From a virus (taxonomy: Duplodnaviria > Caudoviricetes): DNA of 64,000 nucleotides. The stretch covers positions 1 through 64,000 of the IMG/VR virus record IMGVR_UViG_3300027278_000001; one strand, given 5' to 3'. Position numbers and translations under genes: made by a program. Below the pieces are notes generated by a model. The model made no database searches and was not told where the DNA came from. It saw only the letters and a program-made list of their open reading frames with translations. Of the stretch, positions 28,806 through 39,894 are shown piece after piece. Every line of letters starts with the position of its first letter. Within the stretch, counting starts at the first letter, position 1.

Positions 28806-29057
28806 TTATTTAAATCGAATTACAAAGGATTCATTTTCTTCTAAGTTAACACCAACAGCAGAGTCACCTGAATCATTTTCTACACTGAACACAATACGGT
28901 CGTAGTCGTAAGTGTCCATTTCTTCCTTAGTTAGGTCTGTAAGCTTCTTGTTAATTTCATAGCACTCAGAATCAACAGTGAAACCAAGAAGAATTTGCAG
29001 AGTGTAGGCCTCGTCTTCAGTTAGCTCAAGATTGAAACGGTTTGTCTTAGTTACCAT
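28806..29057 (-). CDS. Hypothetical protein, paralogue of the C-terminal domain of 30488-30859
   Basis: Shared L.L.E.E.YTL..LLG...D.EC..I..KL...DY.R..F pattern. Confidence 0.7.
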   Translation of the reverse strand: MVTKTNRFNLELTEDEAYTLQILLGFTVDSECYEINKKLTDLTKEEMDTYDYDRIVFSVENDSGDSAVGVNLEENESFVIRFK

Positions 29058-29288
29058 GTATTTCTCCTATTCAGTTTTATTAAAGTCCGTGCATTTCACT
29101 TCACGAGTACCATCATCTTTGAAAACACCAATCACTTGCATCTTAGTGAAGTCTAGATGATTGCACTTTCTATGCTTGTGTTCACAAGTGATACACATGT
29201 AGCCCCTGGGGATATGAGATGGATTGGGTTTCATAAGTCTCCTTGAAACAGCCTCCCGTATTTCAGAGAGGCTTTAGATCAACTTAGA

Positions 29289-29972
29289 TCAGAACGGGTC
29301 GTCGAAGTCTTCAGCTTCTTGTTGTACAACCGGAGCAGCTTTAGGAGCTTCTTGTTCAGCAGGCTTAACATCAGCCTTCTTTACTTTGTAACTCACCCCG
29401 AACACGTCATCATCTACAGTATCAGACGATGTAGCACCTTCGTAGACAACATGCTCAAGCACTTGAACAGTGTCCAGAGTTACAACAAGTTGACCATCAC
29501 GATTTTTGTATGCAAACAGCTTAATGTTACACACGCTGCCGTTACCTACGTTGTCAGTGAAAGCATTACCTTCCTTGTCGATTACGTTGATAGTTTGCTT
29601 ATTACCTTTCTTAGAGAACTCAGGACGGGTAACAGTGAAGCCCCACATACCTTCAACTTCATCGTAGCTCAGCTTACCCTCTGCAACTTGAGAGGACAGA
29701 CCATATTTAATACGCTTTGGTGGCTTGGAAGTTTTGGTTACACCCACCTTAGCAAAGGTTTTGTTCACTGCAATTTCATCTTCAAGCTTGTCTTTAGTTG
29801 ATTCATCAATGAAGACAGTGACGCTAAATTCCTTCTCCTCCGATTGGAATTTCTTTTTGACTTCGTGAACCACAGGGTAAAACACTGGAACATTCTTCAG
29901 ATACAGATTGAAGGTTTCCAGATCACCTTTCTTCGGCAGTTCTTTCAGTACAATGCTAGTTTCTTTAGTCAT
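29289..29972 (-). CDS. Single-stranded DNA-binding protein (T7 gp2.5-like)
   Basis: OB-fold-like core with VGNGS.C. Acidic tail ending in Phe (EAEDFDDPF). Likely ATG at 29972 after GAGG. Confidence 0.75.
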   Translation of the reverse strand: MTKETSIVLKELPKKGDLETFNLYLKNVPVFYPVVHEVKKKFQSEEKEFSVTVFIDESTKDKLEDEIAVNKTFAKVGVTKTSKPPKRIKYGLSSQVAEGKLSYDEVEGMWGFTVTRPEFSKKGNKQTINVIDKEGNAFTDNVGNGSVCNIKLFAYKNRDGQLVVTLDTVQVLEHVVYEGATSSDTVDDDVFGVSYKVKKADVKPAEQEAPKAAPVVQQEAEDFDDPF

Positions 29973-30041
29973 GGTTATTTCCTCTTTCATTTTGGGTATG
30001 ATTCTGTCCCGTTAATATGAGACTGTTTTTACTGCATTATC

Positions 30042-31631
30042 TCAAGCTTTCGACTTGAAATTCTTTTTAAGCTCCCGGTACACAGACCGGACGCATACAT
30101 CCATACTTGCTGTGTAGACTTTGAACGATTTAAGCTTCCCCGTCAACACATCAAAATATTGCTTATTGTACACTTCCATTGTGTACGTTGTTTGTTCATC
30201 AGCACCAGATGTACGGGCTTGTTGACGCAGCTTACGAGCTTGTTTTGCATTCATTAATTACTCTCCTCAATAATTTTAGTAAGTTCTACAATGATTTCTT
30301 CAGCCATTGCTGTCTGACCAGTCGAATACCCAAGCTCAACATTATCATCAAAGTGGCTGTTATGCCAATCTGAAATGTCACCATCATTCAGTTGACCTGT
30401 GTAAGTCAAGTAGAACTCATCTTCAAAGGCGTGTTGTTTCTCAAGGCGTTTAATCAGCTCAAGTAGCTTCTCTTTCATATTTCCTCCTTATTTAAACTTA
30501 ATTGTCACATCTTTATCACCATCATGCAACTCTTCTACATCACCATCTCCGTTGATGAATTGGAAGTATAGACGATTGTAGTCATCGCAGTCAAGCTCTC
30601 CTCCTGCAATTTCATCCAACTTAGCGTGAATACTATTGCATTCAGTATCCAAGCAATGACCAAGCAGAAGACGGAGAGTGTACACTTCATGTTCATCTAA
30701 TGTCAATGTATATTGCTCTTCCGAACAATTTTCTTCACTGAAAGGGCTTGGTACAGCATCGTCCTGTTGCATACTCCATTTTACAAAATCATCATAACTC
30801 TCAAAGGTGTGGCTCACCATAACCTCACCAATGCTTTCTGTCTTACTAACGTATCCCATAAATCCTCCTATTACATAAAGTTTACAGCAATACCACCAAA
30901 GATCAAAGTGATGATATTCAGCATCACACCTTGCACCAACACACTCGTAGCACCTTCACTATTACTCAACCCTCGTACACCTTGCAGCAGGCTTGCAAAC
31001 AATGCAATACCATATGCATGAGCCATACCAATAGATTGTACACCGAATGGCACGATGAACCACGTCCACAACGTAGACACTGTAAAGGCGCTAAACAGAG
31101 CCAAGACAATCATCACACCTACAATACCAAGACCTGCCAAAATTGCAACACCTACTTTGTCCATTTTACTCTCCTTATCGAACAAACTCCTCAAATACAA
31201 GCTTAGCTACAATCTGCTTGTGGCCAAATGTAGCAGCATATCGCTTATTAGCTCGTGCTTCCTCTCGTGTCTCAAATACACCAACAACACCAGCTTTGCT
31301 ATCTACACAAGCCCAACCCTTGATGCGATTCTCGTACTTTGCAAACTCTTTGTCAATCTTTTTCATTTGTAGCCTCCAAAGCCTCAATTTGTACAAGAAG
31401 ATCAGCAACATCTTCATCAGTTAGATAACCAAGAACATCATCTGTAATTTCTGTGTCATAGCACAGGTGCCATTTATCACCATCATAGAACTTAATTACA
31501 GCAAGCTCTTTCAAGCCTTCGTCACCACCATAAGTGTAAGTACCTCCCGAGATTACACTAGCTCCATAGCCATTGTCAAACTTGTGTACTGTCTGAGTAC
31601 CACCATTGAGTTCACGTTCAATCAGAATCAT
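30042..31631 (-). CDS. Cluster of six small hypothetical proteins, including one membrane protein (30871-31200)
   Basis: ORF track. Transcribed from the promoter at 31668-31695. Confidence 0.6.
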
Positions 31632-31667
31632 CTTTGTTTCCTCCGTTATTTTCTTTTGACTGCATCT

Positions 31668-31695
31668 ATTATAAACTAATTTACAGCAAGGTCAA
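31668..31695 (-). promoter_or_regulatory. Sigma70-type promoter
   Basis: Minus strand TTGACC-16 bp-TATAAT. Confidence 0.7.
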
Positions 31696-31713
31696 GCGGT
31701 ATTTTGGGTTATT

Positions 31714-33828
31714 TTAGTGAACTTCACACCAAGACTTACCCACCTTCCCTTCACCGGCTAATGGTACTTTCAATTTAAGATGCTGTCCAGCTTTTTCAAT
31801 AGCTTTTTCAATCATTCTGGCTATCTCGTCTGCAATCTCCTCTTCACATTCAAATTCCACCTCATCATGCATGTAGGCCACGCGCTTTACTACATATCCT
31901 TTGTACAAATAGTATGGTTTACGGTCTTTCCACTTGAGGCCGCCTAGCCAGAGGTCTAGGAAGCACAAGGCATAATCCATGGCGATACCGCCGCACGACT
32001 GAAAGATTGTATTTAGCAAAGCACTCTTTTTGCGCGTGCAGAGCATACGACCATCAATTGCCGGGAGGTATTTCTCACGACCCGTTGTCGTCCAGTATTT
32101 TTCCAAGTTCTCTTTCAGCTTTTTAGTGGCTGGATTTGCTTCCCAGAAAGCTTCAAGTTTATCATTGCCCATCTTCACAGGAATGTTCAGTGTAGCGGCG
32201 AGCTTCGGCCCTGCACAACCATACATACAAGCGTAGTATCCGTTTTTACTCCAATCCCGATAAGGCTTGAAGGTCGGGTCGTCCTTACTGAAGTCAGCAG
32301 AGGTAATGTCAAATTTATTGACCTCTGGTACATGATCATAGAATGCAAATCGGGCGTTCTTTGAGTGTACATCGCCCTTCAACAATTCCTCTGCGGTCGC
32401 ACCTCCATCATACTTGTAACAGTAGTGTCCTTGTACCCGGCCCTCTAATGCAGCGGCATCTCCAGCAGCAATCAACATCCCATCCCCTGCAATCCAAAGA
32501 GAGCGAAACTCCTTTCCAAGTAGAACTTTCTCAGACGCTTTCGGGACATTTACGCATGTACGATGCTTCTGTCTATGGGTCGCGGCTATACCTGTCCTGC
32601 CTGCACCAATACGACCATCCATTTGCAATCTTTCATTTGTCAACCACCCTTCCAGTACAGACTGACGGTTACGAAGGCTCAACCACTTCACAACCAGCTT
32701 AACAATGTCACCCTCAAGCTTCATAAGGTTAGGACAAATCTTACCCTGCTCCTGAATCTTAGGACTCGTCTGAATAAGTTGGCGGGTCTTAGGATCACGC
32801 ATTGGTTTCCCGTCCGCTCCTCGTTGGAAATTCCAGAGTGTCGGTTTCCAGTTATTCTCCAAGAACCAATCTTTCATTTGATCTTGGTTAGCCATCTCCA
32901 TAGGGAGCTTCACATCAAGCATTGAGCCTGCAATTACTGGATACTGCTCGCCATAAAATTCCCAAAGCCCTGTCTCGGAATTAAGAACGCCATTGTGCTT
33001 CTCAACAAACTTATCCCAAGCAGAGCTAAAATCACCATTCTTTTTAAATGGCTTTGCTGGCATTGTGTAATACTTTTCCTCAGACTTCTTCAAAGCCCGT
33101 GGAGGAAGCTTAGGCTCAACTTCAGCACGAATCTCTTCCATCATTTGAGCAATACGTTCTTTAAGTTTCAAGCCACCTTCAACATCAAACTTAAAGCCAG
33201 TCAGTTCCTGACAAGACATTAGGTAGAAGCCTTTTTGTCCACACTTAAAAGCATCAGTAATGCTAAAAGGTTTACCATAAACTTCTTGCCATTCCTTTTT
33301 AAGGTATTCATAAAGCATTACGTTAACATCAACGTCTCGCTCACAATACACATCCATCTCCGGATGCCATTGCATGAACTCTGCACCTTTTGGACTGTCC
33401 TTCTCGATCAGTTCAAGTTCAATTGCTTTTTCACGCCAATCAATCTTGGGCAAGCCCAGAATCTCACCAAAAGCCTCTACGCTGTGGCCTGAACGGTCTG
33501 GGTTGAGAAACATACTTAGATAGAGCGTATCGACAAACTGGCATGGCTTTCCTTCAATTGTGTCTTTACCGACTGTGAATTTAATGTCCAGAAGATTTTG
33601 CAGAACAAACATATCGTAACCAAGGCCAAAGTGGAAACCCACGGTTGGATTTGGTTTTTTAAAGATGAATGAGATTAACTGATCTTTGGCAGTAGTATCC
33701 TTAAATGGATTTACCTTGATCTTCTCACCACTCTGGATATTCGTAGCACATACTGTCCAAATTTTTGTAGATTCAAAGATAAAGCCATTGGCCTCAATAT
33801 CTAGAATAATCTCATTCTCACCTAGCAT
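31714..33828 (-). CDS. DNA polymerase family A with 3'-5' exonuclease (T7-like)
   Basis: Exo I LDIEANG, motif A DAAALEGR, motif B RDWSKNGYYACMYG, motif C HDE. Confidence 0.95.
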   Translation of the reverse strand: MLGENEIILDIEANGFIFESTKIWTVCATNIQSGEKIKVNPFKDTTAKDQLISFIFKKPNPTVGFHFGLGYDMFVLQNLLDIKFTVGKDTIEGKPCQFVDTLYLSMFLNPDRSGHSVEAFGEILGLPKIDWREKAIELELIEKDSPKGAEFMQWHPEMDVYCERDVDVNVMLYEYLKKEWQEVYGKPFSITDAFKCGQKGFYLMSCQELTGFKFDVEGGLKLKERIAQMMEEIRAEVEPKLPPRALKKSEEKYYTMPAKPFKKNGDFSSAWDKFVEKHNGVLNSETGLWEFYGEQYPVIAGSMLDVKLPMEMANQDQMKDWFLENNWKPTLWNFQRGADGKPMRDPKTRQLIQTSPKIQEQGKICPNLMKLEGDIVKLVVKWLSLRNRQSVLEGWLTNERLQMDGRIGAGRTGIAATHRQKHRTCVNVPKASEKVLLGKEFRSLWIAGDGMLIAAGDAAALEGRVQGHYCYKYDGGATAEELLKGDVHSKNARFAFYDHVPEVNKFDITSADFSKDDPTFKPYRDWSKNGYYACMYGCAGPKLAATLNIPVKMGNDKLEAFWEANPATKKLKENLEKYWTTTGREKYLPAIDGRMLCTRKKSALLNTIFQSCGGIAMDYALCFLDLWLGGLKWKDRKPYYLYKGYVVKRVAYMHDEVEFECEEEIADEIARMIEKAIEKAGQHLKLKVPLAGEGKVGKSWCEVH

Positions 33829-33831
33829 TTG

Positions 33832-34497
33832 TTACTCCTTAGTAAATCCAAAATGTTCTAATTCAAGGGCTTCCCTATATTGGCATGCGGCCTCAAAAGA
33901 TGCAAATCTTTTCTTATATACTTTACCTTCTTTATTTAACTGCGCTGTCCAAAGTTGACAGTCAATATCAAAATTAACCCCGGTACGCCCTGACGTATTA
34001 ACCACAGATATGCCCTTATCGTATGCTTGTAAAGAGAGGTTTACCCATTCACAATTCTCTTTGCTATATTCCTTGGCAGCGCCTTTGCGATTAAGTTGGT
34101 AGCCATCAGGCCGCTCTCCCATATCCTCCATAAAATTTAACAGGCCTTGACCTTCAGGTTCCAACCATCTTTCACAAACATAAACACCAGTCGCACCATA
34201 GCGAGGGTAGCTGGTATGAGACTTTACATAACACCTAGAAATCATGCCTCTCCAAATTTTATACATAGGTGTCCCATACAATCCATGGAAGAAGTTTACT
34301 TGTCCAATCTTTTCCCTCGTCAAGCAGCCGCAGGATTTGGTATGCCCCTTCCGTAAATTGGCTCCATTGGTTGTAAACTCTTTCCCACAACTACAGAGGC
34401 AGTCCCACCTAACTTGGCCATGCTTATCTCTGCCTGCCTCGGAAATAACTTTTACTCGGTGAAACTCCATCCCTGTTAAATCAATCTTCTTGCCCAT
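33832..34497 (-). mobile_element. Free-standing HNH homing endonuclease with AP2-like C-terminal domain
   Basis: IDLTG..F....V...WDCLCSCG, WRGMISRC, V.VCERW...F.EDMGERP and SG.TGV.F...W.A...K.F. ATG at 34497 overlaps the helicase stop. Confidence 0.85.
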
Positions 34498-36269
34498 TAA
34501 AACTCCTGTGGATTTGCCAGCAACCAATCTTCATAATCGGAAAGTGTGTGTGTTTCATTTGAGTAGAAGAACTGCCCGGCAATTGGTGCAGTTCGGCCCG
34601 TCCAACGACATTTTGTCATCTTCATTGTAGTCACGTTTCTCAACACGTCATCTTCATGCTCTTTGTTCCGGGTAAACAGCAAGTTACAGGCGCTGCTCTT
34701 AAAGATTGAAGACGACCCCATAAAATCTTCTTCATGCAAATCAGCGCCGGTTGAGTTTGCTTTAGCTCCAGAAGAGCTTTTACGTACATGGCTAATCAGA
34801 ATGAATGTAACTTGATGACTCTTTACCATGCCCTTTAGCCATTTCATGAATACTGACTGCTCTTCGTTACTCATCCCATCAAGTACGTCAGTTAGGGGGT
34901 CGAGAATAATAACACGACAATCGCAAGCGACAATCAGCTCCATGATTTGACTCTTCAAGCTGTCAAGGCCGCCATCACGCTCGTCAATTAGGTGGAAACG
35001 GTGTGTCCCATCATTATTTCGGAAAAGCTCATTAGCCTTTTCTTGAACATCATCAGTGTTAAGGAAATTAACCTTAAGCTGAGAATCATCAATCAGGTCA
35101 ATCTTTTTACTAATATGCCGAGAAAGAATTTTTGTCCCATATTGAGCGCAGTCACTTTCAAGACTCACAATACCAATTTTGTGTGGACTATTAAAAACCC
35201 AATAATACACCATCTCCTCTGAGATTGTTGATTTACCTGCACCGCTCATAGACCCCATGGTTAAGATGGTTCCAAGTGGAATACCTCCTGCCATTAGGTT
35301 CTGGAGTTTGTGCATAAAAGGTGGAAGCGGAATTTTAGGAATCAGAGCAGCTTCCTTAATCCGATTCATCAGCTCCCCACTGCCAACAATGCCGTCAGGG
35401 GTGTAAGAGTTTGCCGTAAAAAAGGAATTAATAAATTGCTTTTCTTTACCAGCCTCCAACATGCAGTTTGCATCTTTCATTGGCAAAGCCATAACAAAGA
35501 TTTTACCCTTTGGAAGAACTTTTGCAATCTTATCCACTGCTTTCTTGCCAGCCTCATCTTGATCTGCACAGATAATGATCTTAGTAAACCGAGAGAACCA
35601 TTCATACTGAGCTTGAATTTGCTTTGCAGAGCCAGCTTCCCCAATTGTTGCACTCACTACTGGGATAGGCTCATACCCTTTTGTCTTCTGATAGTCTGCA
35701 AGCATCTGGAAGCAACTGAGGGCATCAATTTCTCCTGCTGCAATAACTACACGTTGCTCGGTTGTGTTTTTAAATGCAAATTGCATAAACATCTCACAAT
35801 CTTTACCTGTTTCGCCAACAGCTTCAAACCGTTTAGGATGGTGACGCACCTTGTACCCGCTAATCTCATAATTTTGAGTAGTTGGATAATAGGTTGCTGA
35901 TACACTACCATCCTCTTGAGAATAGGAGTATCGAACACCAAAAGGGCGAGAAATATCACTACGAATCCCACGATAGCCTTTACTGTCAGCGCCAGTTTGT
36001 TTCTTAATCTTCTCATTAACATCTAAATCAAAATAACTTCCCACTACATACTCCTCTTCATCATCTAAAATTTCACCATGTTCTGCAAGCCAGTCGTCAC
36101 TTGGTATTGTAAACTCACACGCCCAGCAGAAGGCTCCTTTACCTTCCCCGTAGACGTGCAAATTATTCAAGGATTTATCGCCTCCACGCCGAATACAACG
36201 GGGGCAACCAGTCTTGTGTTCATGAGACATGTCAATCCCGTATTTGTTACTCAAGCCACAGTCCTCCAA
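34497..36269 (-). CDS. Primase-helicase (T7 gp4-like)
   Basis: Zn finger CPRC...CWAC, TOPRIM GEIDALS and DQDEAG, Walker A SGAGKST, LDPL and LISHVRK. True start is probably TTG at 36254. Confidence 0.93.
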   Translation of the reverse strand: MEDCGLSNKYGIDMSHEHKTGCPRCIRRGGDKSLNNLHVYGEGKGAFCWACEFTIPSDDWLAEHGEILDDEEEYVVGSYFDLDVNEKIKKQTGADSKGYRGIRSDISRPFGVRYSYSQEDGSVSATYYPTTQNYEISGYKVRHHPKRFEAVGETGKDCEMFMQFAFKNTTEQRVVIAAGEIDALSCFQMLADYQKTKGYEPIPVVSATIGEAGSAKQIQAQYEWFSRFTKIIICADQDEAGKKAVDKIAKVLPKGKIFVMALPMKDANCMLEAGKEKQFINSFFTANSYTPDGIVGSGELMNRIKEAALIPKIPLPPFMHKLQNLMAGGIPLGTILTMGSMSGAGKSTISEEMVYYWVFNSPHKIGIVSLESDCAQYGTKILSRHISKKIDLIDDSQLKVNFLNTDDVQEKANELFRNNDGTHRFHLIDERDGGLDSLKSQIMELIVACDCRVIILDPLTDVLDGMSNEEQSVFMKWLKGMVKSHQVTFILISHVRKSSSGAKANSTGADLHEEDFMGSSSIFKSSACNLLFTRNKEHEDDVLRNVTTMKMTKCRWTGRTAPIAGQFFYSNETHTLSDYEDWLLANPQEF

Positions 36270-36314
36270 TTAATTACCCAAACACAACTACCCAAAAATC
36301 TCTAGCTTAGCCTT

Positions 36315-39300
36315 TCAATACCCATCATAATGATCATCAAAGTCATCATAATCCTGACTACCTGCCTCATCCTTCATAATCTCAAGAAGCTTCTCTTCAA
36401 TCAACTCAGAATATTCTGCAATATCTACTTGCACTTCTGTTTCATTCCCATCTTCATCACAATCTAGCACTTGATTGCACTCCCAATCAATCTCTGTATA
36501 CCCATAGCAATCCCAGTCACTGTCCGCTGATGGGCCTAGAGCTGGTTGGTGATGATAGCCTGTAACATTAACAAAGAATGTAAAGCTGTCGATGTATAGT
36601 TCATAGGATTTATCCATTTTACTCATCACTCATTCTCCCAAACCAATTTATATTCTTTAAACCATTCATTCCTATGTTTATTAGTCTGCTCATGAAATAC
36701 TGCGTACTGAGATAAATAATGAGCAATCACCAACATATCCTGCTTTGTCAAGCTGTCTTGTGCATAACGTAGCTTCCACTGAAGCTCCCTACAATGTTCT
36801 ACAGAGGGAATAATACGTCCACTTGGAGCTAACTTTGCATAACTCATCACTTATTCTCCTCATAATACTTAATCAAAGCCAAGAAGTCACTAAAATAACT
36901 CAACTTCACCATAGCAGCCAAACTTATCAGCAATCTTATTCCAAATGTCAACTTTAGATTGGTGTTCTTCTGCATGAAGAAGCTCAGAGAATACTTCCCC
37001 GTCTGTTGTTTTATACACAGTAATGACCTTACTCATTTCTCACCTCCACCTTGCTTCAAAGCATAGCTAGCCACAATCTCTAGCTTCTCACCCTTGATTA
37101 CATGAATCTTATAATCTGCTGGGTAGTTCCCTTTAATCTCAATTACACGATTCAAAGTCTCTCGCTCAGAGTCGTATTGCTCAAGCTCCAGTTCGTAATC
37201 ATAATCACCAAATAGGACGAAGTATTTCATTGTTTGTTCTCCTCAAGTACAGCAATATCAGTCCACTCATACTCAAATTCTGCACCATTGTTGCATTTGA
37301 GAGAACTAAAAGGTCCATAACCTTCTTCAATCTTCTGCCAACCACCGTTAGTTGCACAAACCTCTTCAGCATACTTAACAGAATATGGGTGTATTGCTGG
37401 TTCTAGGCTCAGAACAGTCCAAACCCATACAAGTAGTGCAAATATGCCAATAGCACTTGGATCATCGTTCATTTCCCATCCTCCTCTTCACAATCAATAC
37501 TAATTGAACTACATCCTAAATCATTCAGATGGCCATTGCAACCACCATCAAAACACATTGTTTCGCTGTCTAGAACCTCTTCTGAGAGGCTTTGAGCTGC
37601 ATCTCGTAGGGTAGCCTCACTTTTCAGTTTGCGTTGCTTAGAAGCGATTACAGAAGGCTTGTTGAAGGTGTAAAGATTCTTGGCTACTGGATTCCTCATG
37701 ATTTAGTTGGCCAATAATAATGAACAATACAACCTACACAAAAGATTACACCAACCCAGCTCAATGTGCAAACGAATAGCGTAATGATAATGTCACTTTG
37801 TAAATCCTTTGCGCAACCCGCTTTGATTTCGATCCAATGCAGGAACAAACATAAAATAATACATGCCGACACACCAATCAGATAAATTCCCATAAATCCT
37901 CCTAAACTTTATTAAACGAAAACGGACTCTTGGCACTAGGCTTCAAATCCTTGATATGCTTATCATAGCCCTCTTTTGTGAAAGGTACAAGCCAAACATT
38001 CCAATTCTGATCTTTACATTCTACAGTATACACGTCACCCTCAACAGAAATTAGCTTGTGCCAGAGTTGTTCAGTGGCCCAGCAGTCTTCAGCAAAACCC
38101 TCCATCGTGTGAGTCTTACCTTGTACAGTGAATTGTACAATCAGTTTTGAGGCGTCAATTAGCATAAGTAATTCCCCTGTGGAATAGGCAGATTCCTACG
38201 CTTCAGCTCTTCATTAATCTTCCTAAACTCAGCCGAACAAGCTTCTCGCATAGAACGCTCTTTATACCATGATTCTCCCTCAGCTGCATTCAGATAGGAC
38301 ATTTCACGAGCTTGTTTGTGCCAGAGCTGTGTAAGTTCATCGTCTGTAGTGTTTTCAAATGTCATTCAGACTTCTCCAACTTTACCAGCTGAGACTTCAA
38401 CCACTTAGTATACTCAGCCTTCCATTCGGGATCATCAAAATCACCGCTAAGTAAATCTACAGTCAACTCAACAGCATATTTACCCAAAGCTTCTGTGAAA
38501 CCCCAATCTTCCTCTCGTTTGTCGATAGCAACAACAAGTTCAACGGGACTAACAGCTTGTAGAGTGTGCGAACACACCAATTCGTATACGTTTGTCTTTG
38601 CATAACCAAACGCTGCTGGGTATTCAACTATAGTTTTAAAATCCCAAAGGTTTTTCTTCCCGGCTTTCTTGAAATCTTTCAAATTACTCATCACTTGTAA
38701 TCCTCACAACAGTAGGAAAGAAACTCATCTTTATACAGAGCATTCACTTTATCAGAAAACTCCTCATCCAAAAACTGATGTGTCCAGACAGAATGTCCCA
38801 TACGCTTCTCAACATCCTCATGGAATGCACTGAAATTTGTAGTGGTGATGCCTGTGACCCCATGATTGCTAGAGCTTGTTCTTTAGTGAACTTCATTAGT
38901 TTCTCCTTCAGTTTGTTTTGATTGCCAACTAGAATACCACACATTCCTACAACGTCCAATGGATTATCGCTATGGCTTTGTGGGTGGTGATAGGCTCAAT
39001 CTTGCTTCAACCTCTCCAAATAAATGTGACACACTTACTCTCTTTACGGGCTGCTAGAAAAGCCATGATTGCTTTCAGTAGGCTCTCTCCCCGATACTGA
39101 GAGGTATTTTGCCAGCAATCATCAATCTTTACAATTTTATTCACTTCATATGTCCAACCCATCAGTTAATCTCCAATTTAATCATCAACACTTGCTCTGC
39201 ATTTTCAAGCTTACAATGGACTATCCAATCGATAAGATTTCCCAAAGTCCATTTATCAGGTAAAATATAGCTGGATTCTTCATAGCATATAGAACCAGTC

Positions 39301-39640
39301 AACATGTTTTCATTTTTCATATGAACCGAAATGACCATTAATCACCCTCCTGTGCAAGCCCCAATCATACCAACCAAAATTATTACAATAAAAATAATTA
39401 AAAGCAGCCAGAACTCTGCATTGTCTGCGTCCATAAACCCTCCTCTTCTCAAGATTTCAGAATGATGTATCTCAAAATCTGCTTGATTTCACTATCAAAT
39501 ACAGGATTTCCGGTTACAGGGAGATTCTCAATAGCCTCAAGAACATACTGACCTTGTAATTCTCGTTTGCACCACATACGAGCTTCCCCCGGTTATGTCT
39601 TGCAGATTATCAATATCTTCTTTAGTAGGTTGTTTCATCA
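36315..39640 (-). CDS. Cluster of about 15 small hypothetical proteins
   Basis: ORF track and manual reading. Several are acidic or carry one TM segment. Promoters at 38931-38959, 39671-39699 and 39866-39894. Confidence 0.55.
38691..38896 (-). pseudogene. Small gene apparently broken by a one-base deletion in a G run
   Basis: MKFTKEQALAIMG continues in the -1 frame as VTGITTTNFSAFHEDVEKRMGHSVWTHQFLDEEF...DYK, ending in a TGA that overlaps the next start. Confidence 0.55.
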
Positions 39641-39670
39641 TTCCTCTCCTTTGTGTACTGTATACGAAAC

Positions 39671-39894
39671 ATTCTAGCAGCCTTGTTACGCTTGTGCAAC
39701 ATTTATTGTGCTCTTGGGCTACAATTTATGTGTTATTGGCTGATTTTGTGGCCGAGAAGCTACACAGTAGCGACTACCAACGACCTTGTACCCACAAATC
39801 AGCATGATTGCAAGGGCTGATCATCGTAACGCAGTATTCATTCCAAAATCCCGCATTCCTCTGAGACTATAGCCACCTAGTGAATACTTGTCAA
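39671..39894 (-). promoter_or_regulatory. Two leftward sigma70 promoters
   Basis: Minus strand TTGCAC-17-TAGAAT (39699-39671) and TTGACA-17-TATAGT (39894-39866). Confidence 0.75.

Noticed and set aside
17704-36269. Introns or inteins in nrdA, nrdB, polymerase or helicase
   Set aside because: All four ORFs are continuous and of ordinary length, with no splice-junction motifs.
36847-37036. Possible third indel (extra T) truncating a 62-aa ORF to 48 aa
   Set aside because: Only 14 further open codons support it and I recognise no family motif, so it could be a genuine short gene.
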